This document shows positions 50,757 through 59,990 of a stretch of 64,000 bases of DNA, piece by piece. Position 1 is the first letter of the stretch. Every line of letters begins with the position of its first letter. Both the position numbers and the translations under genes were made by a program. The notes under the pieces were generated by a model. It made no database searches and was not told the DNA's origin. It was given only the letters and a program-made list of their open reading frames with translations. The DNA is from Candidatus Thorarchaeota archaeon (GTDB taxonomy: Archaea; Asgardarchaeota; Thorarchaeia; Thorarchaeales; Thorarchaeaceae): positions 1,521,249 to 1,585,248 of the forward strand of contig CP070761.1 in assembly GCA_020348985.1 (NCBI GenBank), written 5' to 3'.

Positions 50757-51404
50757 TCATCCCTTCCTTTCCTCAATCAGTCTAATTGCTTCACGCACAG
50801 CCTCCGGCGCAGTCTCGGCAAAGCCATCAGCACCAATTTCATCAGCCCATTCCTGGTTAGTTGGGCCGCCGCCAACCATGACAATGAACCTGTCGCGTTT
50901 TCCAGTCTCCTGCAGATAGTCGATGACATCCTTTTGGCCGCCAAGAGTAGAAGTCATGAGAGCTGAGATTGCGATTATGTCGGCATCGATTTTCTCCGCC
51001 TCTTCCACGAACCTTGATGTTGCAACATCGCAGCCGAGGTCGGTCACCGCAAAACCATTAGCAACAAGCATGGCCTTGAGGATGTTCTTCCCAATCTCGT
51101 GAATATCACCACGAACCGTTCCAACCACGACTCTTCCTGCTACAGGTACTTCTTCTTTTGGCATCTTTGGTAGAATCACATCCAAAGCCGCCATCATAGC
51201 TTCTCCGGAAAGCATGAGATTTGTGAGGAATATCTCCATTCGCTCGAACTGCTCACCAACATGTTTGGCCCCTTCGGAAACACCCTTCTCAAGAGCCACC
51301 AAAGGACTGACGCCAGCTTCAAGAGCAGCTTCTGCGTATTGGGTGACTTTCTCAGCATCTCCTTCAATAATGGCTTCTTTCAGTTTGGCAATGTCTTCTG
51401 ACAT
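50757..51404 (-). CDS. Methyltransferase cognate corrinoid protein (MtmC/MttC family)
   Basis: GTVRGDIHEIGKN (DxHxxG), SALMTST, VGGGP; start moved to ATG 51404 because the longer ORF overlaps regulon copy E. Confidence 0.92.
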   Translation of the reverse strand: MSEDIAKLKEAIIEGDAEKVTQYAEAALEAGVSPLVALEKGVSEGAKHVGEQFERMEIFLTNLMLSGEAMMAALDVILPKMPKEEVPVAGRVVVGTVRGDIHEIGKNILKAMLVANGFAVTDLGCDVATSRFVEEAEKIDADIIAISALMTSTLGGQKDVIDYLQETGKRDRFIVMVGGGPTNQEWADEIGADGFAETAPEAVREAIRLIEERKG

Positions 51405-51443
51405 GTTCCTGACATCCATCGAGATAATGAGTAGACATCTGGA

Positions 51444-51490
51444 TGAACAGACACAAAAGCACTCCCAACACCTGTGAACACTCTTGAACA
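51444..51490 (-). promoter_or_regulatory. 47-bp regulon element, copy E (before methyltransferase operon)
   Basis: Minus strand: TGTTCA AGAG TGTTCA CAGG TGTTGG GAGTGCTTTTGTGTC TGTTCA. Confidence 0.78.
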
Positions 51491-51540
51491 AACTCGTTCT
51501 TCAAGAGTGCAATGTAATCCACAGTGAGTGTTAAATCGGA

Positions 51541-53376
51541 TTACCTAATATCCTTCAATCCGAGTCTCTCGACGGTTTCATCTGTGGGAATTCCATTCTT
51601 GTCCCAGCCGCGCAGCTCATAGAATCTGTCAAGACAGGCCTCAAAATCCGCTCTATCAACGAAAGAACGCATTCCCTCAGCAGGGCCAGAAGCAACTGGC
51701 TGCCAGAATCGTGGAGGGAGTTCATCATCCTTTCTTGAGACACCTTCTCTTACGTTGAATAGCCGAGTAAGGGTCTCTACTCTCTCTGCAAAGACCTTCA
51801 CACTTTCCTCATCGTATTCAAGTCCTGTGGCACCATTAAGCAAGCGAATCTTCTGATTATGGCTTAGAGGCAAGTGGTACGTAAAATGACATACAACAAG
51901 TGAATCTGTCAAGTGTTTCTCGTCCCTAGCCTTTGTCATGGATTCGACCACATCTATCGCTGACGAAATCGGCTTGTCAGTTGTTGATGGCCAACCTCTA
52001 AGGTGACTTGCACCTACTTCAGCAGTTGCATAGGAAAGACCCATCCCCTTCTTTCCTCGAGGGTCCCAAGCAGCCACAGATAGTCCCTTTACATGGACGG
52101 CAAGCTCTTCACTGCCTTTCCCAATTCTTTCAGCTGCTCTCCTCACACCGTTGGCCAAAATGTCACCAATGCCTTCTCTTCCGGCAATCATCTGGAGCAG
52201 TTCCATTGCCGCCGCACCATCGCCGAATCTCATGGAAAAGCCAAGATCATCTTCCGTTATGATGCCCCTTTCGAATGCCTCCATCGCAAACGCCAGAACT
52301 GAACCTGCCGCTATTGTGTCGATGCCGAGATCATCGCAAAGGTGATTGAGTTGGAGAAGGATATACGGATCGCTTATCCCCAGATTGCCACTCAACATAG
52401 CCTCAGTTTCATATTCGGAAGTTACCTCCACAGCCATCTTTGGAGCTCTCGGATCAGCTACCCTGTGAGCATGCGTACACCTCATTATGCACTGGGGACA
52501 TGACAAGTGCTGACCAGAATACCATTCATGCATAGCTTCAGGTTGCACCTTCTCGTTCTCTTCGAAAAAGCTTGTCTGCCAATTTCGTGTGGGAAACTGG
52601 CCACGTTCGTTGGAGACCTCAATAAGAAAAGATGTTCCATACCTCCTGAAGTCAAAATTCCATGCATCAGTGGCCATATCCTTCCATGAAGTAGTCACTT
52701 CACGATTGACTTCACTGATTGCATCGGAATCATATGCTTCAATCATACCAGAACCTCTGACCACAACTGCTTTGAGATTCTTTGACCCCATCACAGCTCC
52801 AGGACCACCTCGGCCTGTTTGATGAGCGAGTTCGGAGCCGGCCGCAGCAATCAGCGACAGATTCTCCCCTGCTGGACCTATGACATACACTATGTGATCG
52901 TCACCAAATCGCTCGCGTAGAATCCTGGTTGAATCGTGAATCCCTCTGCCCCAAAGGTCTTCTGCACTCTCTAGACGCAGAGAGTCATCTTCAAGAACAA
53001 GCACAGTAGGCTTGTCTGCCTTGCCTTTGACGCACAATACATCGTAGCCTGATTTCTTTATTTCCCTTCCCAGGGCGTGTCCACAATGTGAATCTAGGTA
53101 GAGCCCCGTGAGAGGTGACTTGGTCACTAACGTCCACCTGGCTACGCTAGGACCATTTAGCCCTTGCATAGGTCCTGTGAGGAAGAACAGAACATTCTCT
53201 GGCCTAAGGGGGTCGACTCCTGCTTCCAGTTCTCTATACAGTAGGTATGCTCCAAGTCCCTTTCCGCCCAGGAATTGCTCGTAGACACTTGTATCAAGGC
53301 TCTCCTCATTTGTGGATCCTGTTGACAAATCAACCCAAAGGATTTTGCCAGTCCAACATTCATGTGTCATGTCCAA
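51541..53376 (-). CDS. aor: Aldehyde:ferredoxin oxidoreductase (tungstopterin AOR family)
   Basis: LGGKGLG, KSPLTG, IGPAGE, GRGG.GAVMGSKNLKA, CPQC..RC, CDDLGID, DPRG, GASH. Confidence 0.92.
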   Translation of the reverse strand: MDMTHECWTGKILWVDLSTGSTNEESLDTSVYEQFLGGKGLGAYLLYRELEAGVDPLRPENVLFFLTGPMQGLNGPSVARWTLVTKSPLTGLYLDSHCGHALGREIKKSGYDVLCVKGKADKPTVLVLEDDSLRLESAEDLWGRGIHDSTRILRERFGDDHIVYVIGPAGENLSLIAAAGSELAHQTGRGGPGAVMGSKNLKAVVVRGSGMIEAYDSDAISEVNREVTTSWKDMATDAWNFDFRRYGTSFLIEVSNERGQFPTRNWQTSFFEENEKVQPEAMHEWYSGQHLSCPQCIMRCTHAHRVADPRAPKMAVEVTSEYETEAMLSGNLGISDPYILLQLNHLCDDLGIDTIAAGSVLAFAMEAFERGIITEDDLGFSMRFGDGAAAMELLQMIAGREGIGDILANGVRRAAERIGKGSEELAVHVKGLSVAAWDPRGKKGMGLSYATAEVGASHLRGWPSTTDKPISSAIDVVESMTKARDEKHLTDSLVVCHFTYHLPLSHNQKIRLLNGATGLEYDEESVKVFAERVETLTRLFNVREGVSRKDDELPPRFWQPVASGPAEGMRSFVDRADFEACLDRFYELRGWDKNGIPTDETVERLGLKDIR

Positions 53377-53403
53377 TCTCTCCGAATAGAAGGGTCACAT
53401 AGA

Positions 53404-53550
53404 CTATGAAACATCAATCCTTTTGATCTCATCCAGTTCCATGTCCCTCAAGTGAGTCAGTAATGCCATCATCACATCGTGAATGACATTGTTCACAAAC
53501 TCATTCATTGGAACCCTCTTTCCTTTCACATATAGCTCGATTGGAGGCAT
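53404..53550 (-). CDS. 48-aa protein resembling the C-terminal domain of archaeal MobB; absent from ORF track
   Basis: Manual translation MPPIELYVKGKRVPMNEFVNNVIHDVMMALLTHLRDMELDEIKRIDVS; GGTGA upstream; co-directional, ends 27 bp before aor. Confidence 0.65.
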   Translation of the reverse strand: MPPIELYVKGKRVPMNEFVNNVIHDVMMALLTHLRDMELDEIKRIDVS

Positions 53551-53723
53551 TGAGTGTGTCACCAACCTCAGATGATTGAAGACGGGTTTTTCTCTCTTTG
53601 GATGGGTTTATTTCTCTTCTTACGGGTCGGCAGAAGCCTTGCTTCAAAGCGCCCTCCGAATGGTTAATATACCGCCCCCATTTCAGACCCAGCCACGATA
53701 GAAGACCACTCTAGTAGAGAGGA

Positions 53724-55697
53724 ATGAGAATGGCTGACTCTGTTTCATCAATTCTGTCGCGTAGAACCCAGGAAGGAGAAACCTACGAGCCTATAGGCAG
53801 ACTAGCAGGCATTGGTTCTCTACTTGGAATACTTGCAGCAGCAATTGGGCTGCTGATGAGTGCTGGAACGTCATTGCTTCCAATCCCGTCCATTGGCGCA
53901 CTGATTCTGAGGAACCCCGATCACTACTTTTGGTCAGCAGTGTTCATGGGTGTGCTGGGAGTAAGTGCCTTGTTGCAGGCTTTTGGGTCTAAAGGTCTCA
54001 GAAAATACTTGGACTCAGGATATACGAACATTCTGTTTGCAATTGCAGGGATAGCTCTGGTGACAGCCATCTTCGCAGTACTAGGCGGAATTACACTGTA
54101 TCGGCCACGCCAAGTAGTAGACTATGTCGTAAATCTGATGTCATTGGGAGCCTTCTTTGCGATTACGTGGCAACTGATTTCAATCACTTATGTTGATTCA
54201 ACCGATTCGTGGATAGGATTCCTCGCAGGCATTCTTAATGCTATGTTCGTCCCATTTCTGGCACTTGGACAAGGGCTCAGCTCAACATTCACTTTCCTGG
54301 CGTACTTCGTTCTGTTGCTGGGACAACTATTTGCTCTACTATTCTGGTGGTCGCCAATGAGTATTGTCAGAGAATATGCTCGAAGCACGTCAAAGGCAAA
54401 GTTCGCCTTTGGTTTGGCGGGGCTTTTCTCATTCTTGTATGCTATTGTCCCGATTCTGATAGGACCGTTGTCGATCATAGAGGGCAGTGAAGTCTGGACG
54501 CCTTGGAGCACGATGCTCGACGAAACGCTGTTTGTCACTGACCCTGTCCTTATCTTCGGCCTAATGTCGGTCATGCTATTTTGGGTCATGCTCGGACCAC
54601 GTCTTGGTGCGAGAGAACTCAAGGTCGCACATGTTGGTGAAGACATAGTCAAAGGTGGCCCAAAGTGGTTTATGGCACTCCTTGCTATGATCGGCATTTT
54701 CGCGGCATCTCAGGCAGGGTCCATGGTGGCTGCCGTTGTGCCTAGCTATGGGCTGGCTCTCGCATTGAGTCCTGCTGCGGTTACGTTCATGATGGGCGCC
54801 ATATATGCAGGGCGAACAGACATCATAACCGGACTTCCTCTGGTTGTGCTCGGAGTGATGTTCTTGGTGCATCCGAATGTGCTGTCCATGTTCGTCATTG
54901 TCCCGCTCGTGCTTGTGATAATCACACAAGTCTTCTTGACCGTTGAAACCAGAATCAGAGGCTTCACCGGATTCTCACAGGGAGCTTTGACAGTCATTGC
55001 CACCGTCATCGCATCGGGAATCTTCATCCTATTCCTTTTGGGCGGGTTTGGAAGTGGGCCTGCGGCTATGTGGCCTGTTAACAGATGGTACCCAGTCGCT
55101 TTGATTCCTGGGATCTCTGTTCAAGTTCAGATGGCTACTATTATCACCTTGCCCTTCCTTGCACTGCTGATACGGAATGTATCTCTGGTTGGCTATGCCC
55201 ATGGTCGAGGAATGGCGGGGTCTGACTCCCTGGGTGCTATGAGCATTCTATTTGCTTTTCTGATTCCCATGATTGGTGATCCGACTGCCACTGTTACACA
55301 CAAGGCACTGACCGCGGCATCAATCCTGCTAGCACTCTATGCCATCAGTTTCGTGCTTGTTTTATCCCTGAATCTAAACCTTGCAGGTGAGGTAGAGGAC
55401 ACGGGCAACCCTTACGAAGGGATGTTGATCAGAATGTCTGCTATTGTGGGTATTGCGTTTGGTTCGATTGTTGCCATAATCACAATGGCCACATTCTCTC
55501 AGTTCTACGTACGGCCGGCTGACGCAGCACTTGTGATTACACTACTTGTAACGCTAGTCGTTGGACTAGAGGTTCTTGGTCTGGCTACCTGGCTCATTAC
55601 GGGTGTAAGACTAGGAATGCTGAGAAGCGGCTGGAAGTACGTTTCCGCCGAGGAAGCAGCACGAAGGGCAGAGATGATAGTACCACTGGCAGAATAG
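53724..55697 (+). CDS. Large multi-pass membrane protein, unknown function
   Basis: 657 aa, almost entirely hydrophobic helices; no recognised motif. Confidence 0.75.
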   Translation: MRMADSVSSILSRRTQEGETYEPIGRLAGIGSLLGILAAAIGLLMSAGTSLLPIPSIGALILRNPDHYFWSAVFMGVLGVSALLQAFGSKGLRKYLDSGYTNILFAIAGIALVTAIFAVLGGITLYRPRQVVDYVVNLMSLGAFFAITWQLISITYVDSTDSWIGFLAGILNAMFVPFLALGQGLSSTFTFLAYFVLLLGQLFALLFWWSPMSIVREYARSTSKAKFAFGLAGLFSFLYAIVPILIGPLSIIEGSEVWTPWSTMLDETLFVTDPVLIFGLMSVMLFWVMLGPRLGARELKVAHVGEDIVKGGPKWFMALLAMIGIFAASQAGSMVAAVVPSYGLALALSPAAVTFMMGAIYAGRTDIITGLPLVVLGVMFLVHPNVLSMFVIVPLVLVIITQVFLTVETRIRGFTGFSQGALTVIATVIASGIFILFLLGGFGSGPAAMWPVNRWYPVALIPGISVQVQMATIITLPFLALLIRNVSLVGYAHGRGMAGSDSLGAMSILFAFLIPMIGDPTATVTHKALTAASILLALYAISFVLVLSLNLNLAGEVEDTGNPYEGMLIRMSAIVGIAFGSIVAIITMATFSQFYVRPADAALVITLLVTLVVGLEVLGLATWLITGVRLGMLRSGWKYVSAEEAARRAEMIVPLAE

Positions 55698-55812
55698 AGG
55701 GTAGGTGAAGCAGCTCACCTTCACACCGGCGTTTCGTAATAAGCAAAGGTGCCGCATGTGGTCATCAAGAGCACTAATAGGTAGTTCAAGAATAGATTGC
55801 CGGAAGCACTAC

Positions 55813-56565
55813 TCACCACTTGTCATGAACATGCTTCTTCATTATGAAATCATCAACGGCATCAACTGCCAATTGGGGTAGATCAGTTATGACACCGTCA
55901 ACCCCCATCATCAATTGCTCGGTAATCAGCTCTTCATCGTTTATTGACCACGGATAGACCTTCAGACCAGCTTCGTGCGATGATTTGACGAGCTCCTCTG
56001 TCACAAGCCAGAAGAGGGGGTTAACTGCATTTGCGTGAAGATTGCCTGCATACTTGGCCAGTTGGTCTATCTCAGTAGAAACCAAGACTGCTGTCACTGC
56101 ATCATCATTCAGGGCTCTGATGATACCCAAGCTGGGGTGATTGAACGATGAGAAGATGACTTGATCAAGCATGTCGGTTTCAATGACCAAGTTGACCGCT
56201 GCCTCTTCGATGCCAGTGGCCTTCAACTCAATGTTGACACCAAATCGTCCGCGAGCAAATCTCAAGACTTCCTCGAGGAGTGGAACCTTTTCACCACACC
56301 CTGCATCGAGGTTGAAAAGAACATCCAGGGTTGTCTCATCTACATTCCCGACCCCGTCTGTGGTTCTTGAGAGCTCTCTGTCGTGCATACAGACAAGGTA
56401 TCCATCCGATGTACTCCAAACATCAGTTTCTATCATGTCTACGCCCATTTGCCAAGCAACTCGAAAAGACTTCATCGTATTCTCAGGTGCATGCCCTGCG
56501 GCACCCCTATGTCCAATCACAATGATTTCTCTCAGACCCTCATCTCCAAGATATCCAAGTTTCAA
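55813..56565 (-). CDS. Glycerophosphodiester phosphodiesterase
   Basis: IGHRGA, PENT, IETDV, MHD, NIELK, GVITD. Confidence 0.92.
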   Translation of the reverse strand: MKLGYLGDEGLREIIVIGHRGAAGHAPENTMKSFRVAWQMGVDMIETDVWSTSDGYLVCMHDRELSRTTDGVGNVDETTLDVLFNLDAGCGEKVPLLEEVLRFARGRFGVNIELKATGIEEAAVNLVIETDMLDQVIFSSFNHPSLGIIRALNDDAVTAVLVSTEIDQLAKYAGNLHANAVNPLFWLVTEELVKSSHEAGLKVYPWSINDEELITEQLMMGVDGVITDLPQLAVDAVDDFIMKKHVHDKW

Positions 56566-56584
56566 AGCATCACGGGGCTGTTAT

Positions 56585-56890
56585 TCAATCATCAGGTCGA
56601 GCAAGACCAGTTCCGCCGCACCGCGGACAGGTTTCCGTGCCCTCTATTCCCTTTATCCTTCCTGACCCGCCGCAGTAGTAGCAGTCAGCTGAAGGGACGT
56701 CGAGTGATTTGTCAAAACCCTTGGCTACCGCGCTTCCTAGGCCAATCAGAACAGCGGCTATGAACATAGTCACAAGGGACACAATGTAAAACTCCGCAAT
56801 CGGATAAAGTATGAAAGCTGCAGCTAGGAACAAGAAGACTCCAGAGATAGCCAATAGGAGACCTTTCCTTGCCCGATCCATAGGAAACAC
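56585..56890 (-). CDS. Small 2-TM protein with DnaJ-type zinc finger
   Basis: CYYCGGSG and CPRCGGTG (CxxCxGxG twice) after two TM helices. Confidence 0.7.
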   Translation of the reverse strand: MFPMDRARKGLLLAISGVFLFLAAAFILYPIAEFYIVSLVTMFIAAVLIGLGSAVAKGFDKSLDVPSADCYYCGGSGRIKGIEGTETCPRCGGTGLARPDD

Positions 56891-56991
56891 CTTGATTGCG
56901 GCTGGAGTGATTTCCGAAGCCGACCCTTCAGGTAGAATCGCAGGCGACTCTCAACCCGCCTATGCTAAATACATTACGGCAGTGGATTTGA

Positions 56992-57234
56992 TTGATGTCC
57001 CTAAGAGAGAACTCAAAAACAATTCAACTCCGCTTCATTAAGGTGAACACAATTCCCGTAGTCATTGACCATACTTGTTGCACAGGCTGCGGGGACTGTG
57101 TCAAATCCTGTAGATACGGTGTCTTCGAAAAACTCGACGAGACTCCGGAAGTCGCCCATATTCAGTTTTGTAAAGATTGCGGAACTTGCGTTGAGGATTG
57201 CCCAACCCAATGCATTTCCTTCCGAAATGACTAG
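56992..57234 (+). CDS. 2x[4Fe-4S] ferredoxin
   Basis: CTGCGDCVKSC and CKDCGTCVEDCP; start may be GTG 57043. Confidence 0.85.
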   Translation: MMSLRENSKTIQLRFIKVNTIPVVIDHTCCTGCGDCVKSCRYGVFEKLDETPEVAHIQFCKDCGTCVEDCPTQCISFRND

Positions 57235-57371
57235 GTACAAAGGCTCCTAGAACGAAGGAAAGAGTATAGGTTTCACTTTAAAGAGAAGTGTGAAACACAT
57301 CGTGATAACATTCAAAGACAAGAGATAATAGAATATGAGAGTCTGTAGAGCGTTAGCGGACTGGAAGGACA

Positions 57372-58289
57372 ATGTCAACAAAGGACTTGTTTACGAAGTA
57401 CACTCAGCTGTACCAGAAGGGGCGTGCTAGAGAGATTGTTCCTGAAGGACCCTTCGTACGTCAACTCACCGACGTTCCAAGGCAAGGACTCGACCTTGCG
57501 CTCTTCTTCAAGGCAAAGAGAGTGAAGAACACAAGGCAGATTCACATCGGCGACCCAGTACCACCCGTAGTTGCCAGAGAAGAGGGTTTCTTGGAAACAG
57601 ATGATAATACCTTCCTCAGCCGGACACTATTGTCAGAATTCAGGACGGTGGATTATCTCAAGGCAGTGATATCGGCTGGCAAAAGACTTGAGGAGACCCG
57701 CGAGAGAGTCCAGTTTCTCAAAACCTGTCAAAGGATTATCGATGTTCTCCTCAGAAAAGCAAGAAACGTGGTGCACCTGGGCGATTTCGAGCCTTTTAGA
57801 TTTGACAGGCGTGTGTTTACCATAGAGGAGTACCTGAGCAAGAGAACCAAACTCGACAAGGTGGCAATTGAAGCCGCTTCAATCTCCTTTCATGTAGCTG
57901 AGCCCGACTACATTCTGATGCCTACTGGGGAGATCATAGTCTTCAACGACACATATAGCGTGCCTCATGGTGTGTTCTACTTTGCAGGTGGAATAGGATA
58001 CACATTCGACCAAGCCGAGGGTGCCGCTAGCGAGGAAAGGGTCTTCAGGTCTCAAGAAGACCTGAGTCTGCACGGAATTGACAGCGCTTACCTTGAGGGC
58101 ATGATGCTCAGTGTAACTGAGGATTTCCAGACCAGAGTTCACTCCATAATCTATGCAGATGTATGGAAGAAGGTCAAGTCACGTCCTATCGGAGTTAACT
58201 TTGGAGAGCAACTTCTCATTAAGGCAGACCCTGGTAGCGAGATTTGGATGGGTGTATTCGAGATATACCTCGCCCCGCCTAGAACATGA
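57372..58289 (+). CDS. Hypothetical 305-aa protein, possible HK97/encapsulin-like fold
   Basis: Clean ORF; fold guess by eye only. Confidence 0.5.
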   Translation: MSTKDLFTKYTQLYQKGRAREIVPEGPFVRQLTDVPRQGLDLALFFKAKRVKNTRQIHIGDPVPPVVAREEGFLETDDNTFLSRTLLSEFRTVDYLKAVISAGKRLEETRERVQFLKTCQRIIDVLLRKARNVVHLGDFEPFRFDRRVFTIEEYLSKRTKLDKVAIEAASISFHVAEPDYILMPTGEIIVFNDTYSVPHGVFYFAGGIGYTFDQAEGAASEERVFRSQEDLSLHGIDSAYLEGMMLSVTEDFQTRVHSIIYADVWKKVKSRPIGVNFGEQLLIKADPGSEIWMGVFEIYLAPPRT

Positions 58290-59868
58290 TGGGGTCAAAG
58301 GCATCGATAGCAATTAGGACTGCTCTGAAAGCATAGATTCTGAACGTGTAGGTAATCGGAACATCGCTATGATTCTCAAGTAACGAGATTAATTCATCTA
58401 TTGAGCCGTCGCCAAAACCCGACACGAGTCCTGGTAGAGACTCGATTGTAATATTTTGAACCCCGTTGCCGCTGGCAATCATTATGTCTCCTGCAAGCTG
58501 AGCCAATGTTGTGTAGACAAGGTTCAGCCTTCCAAAGACATCAGTTATGTTTCCAGCCTGAGCAATGCGCATTTCCCAAGTGCCTTCAAGCCCACCTATT
58601 GTCGAAGAATAGGAATGTACAAGGTATTCTCCGACATCGCCGTCCATTTCATGAGAGAAGAACGAGCGACTGCATCGTACCTGTATGGTGTCCCATAGAG
58701 ACAAGCTCTCAACAGTTAGGGCATTTGACTTCATGAAGATCGTGTCAAGGTCTTGATAGTCATCAAGAATGAATGGATCTACGAGAATCCCTGTAGTGAA
58801 CCCGAACGATTCGGCTGATTCAGCGAGAAGCTCGGATTCATACAGAATAACTGAATCATCGATTGAATCGAAGGTGTTTCTCATGAGTCCCGAGAACCCT
58901 GCGATGTTGATTTGCCGAGCTTGACTCATCAAGTACTGCCATTCATTCAGGGACAGAGTCATGTCATATAGAACCCTGTGGGAGATTTGTGATCTATTGC
59001 ATTCGTCAATGACTGCATGTAGAACCTCTGTTGAGTTTTTCAACTCGTCAAAGACATCTTGAATCAGAAGTGTGGTTCCCAGATTCGCAGAATCAGCTTC
59101 TACGATATGCGGACGACTGGGTGACAGGACAATTGTGCAGGGAATTTGGGAATCATTGAGAACTGAGAACCAATCGGTAAGACGGAGCCAAGCCGCAGAC
59201 TCGGCCACATTCAGTCTGAAGCTCAAACCAAGGCTGTTGTTTGAGACCGATTTCACTATCTCAGTGGTAGGGCTGAATTCAGTGTATGGAAACTCAAAGT
59301 CAGACAAGGGTACATCAAGTGTGATTTCCGGGATGGCTCCTGGATGCGCAGATGCGATTGGAGTCTGACCCATTATGACTATAGAAATCGGAAAGAGAAG
59401 CCCAATTACGTTCAGAAAGATGAGCCAGGCTACTCCCTTCCGACCAAGTTCTCTCTTTGACCCTGGGATCCTGAAACGGCCGACTATAACTACAATCGCG
59501 CCGCAAAAAGCGTTGGCTAGCAGAACAATTATGAACCCTCTGACCAATGATGACAGTACGCCTAGAATGAGCACTGAAATGAGCATTATTATGAAAGGGA
59601 ATATTGCCGCGCGTTTCTCATTATAGCCCCTTAGAAGAATGGGTATGATGACAATCAATGGGATCACATATAGGGCCAACGGAAGAGATTCTAGAAATCC
59701 ATTCCGAGCGAGAGTCATTCGCACACTAATCGAAATCACGGTATATATGATAAGAAGCACGTCGAATAGAAGCACGGACAAAACAAACCGATGTAATAGC
59801 AAATCCAGTCTTCGGTCTGATTCTATACGAATTCTTGCGGATTCACGTGATGATTGTATCAGCTCCAT
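58279..59868 (-). CDS. Membrane protein (about 5 N-terminal TMs plus large soluble domain), unknown function
   Basis: Hydropathy pattern of the translation. Confidence 0.65.
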   Translation of the reverse strand: MELIQSSRESARIRIESDRRLDLLLHRFVLSVLLFDVLLIIYTVISISVRMTLARNGFLESLPLALYVIPLIVIIPILLRGYNEKRAAIFPFIIMLISVLILGVLSSLVRGFIIVLLANAFCGAIVVIVGRFRIPGSKRELGRKGVAWLIFLNVIGLLFPISIVIMGQTPIASAHPGAIPEITLDVPLSDFEFPYTEFSPTTEIVKSVSNNSLGLSFRLNVAESAAWLRLTDWFSVLNDSQIPCTIVLSPSRPHIVEADSANLGTTLLIQDVFDELKNSTEVLHAVIDECNRSQISHRVLYDMTLSLNEWQYLMSQARQINIAGFSGLMRNTFDSIDDSVILYESELLAESAESFGFTTGILVDPFILDDYQDLDTIFMKSNALTVESLSLWDTIQVRCSRSFFSHEMDGDVGEYLVHSYSSTIGGLEGTWEMRIAQAGNITDVFGRLNLVYTTLAQLAGDIMIASGNGVQNITIESLPGLVSGFGDGSIDELISLLENHSDVPITYTFRIYAFRAVLIAIDAFDPIMF

Positions 59869-59990
59869 CTCAGTCTTGCGAGCCTAGTGCGTGTTGATAA
59901 ACCTCTTGACTAGTGTCCAGACTTGAGACATTCACTGATGGACCGGCAGGAACAAGAAGAGGTGCCTTGAAGGACAGTGTGGTGGAATCC

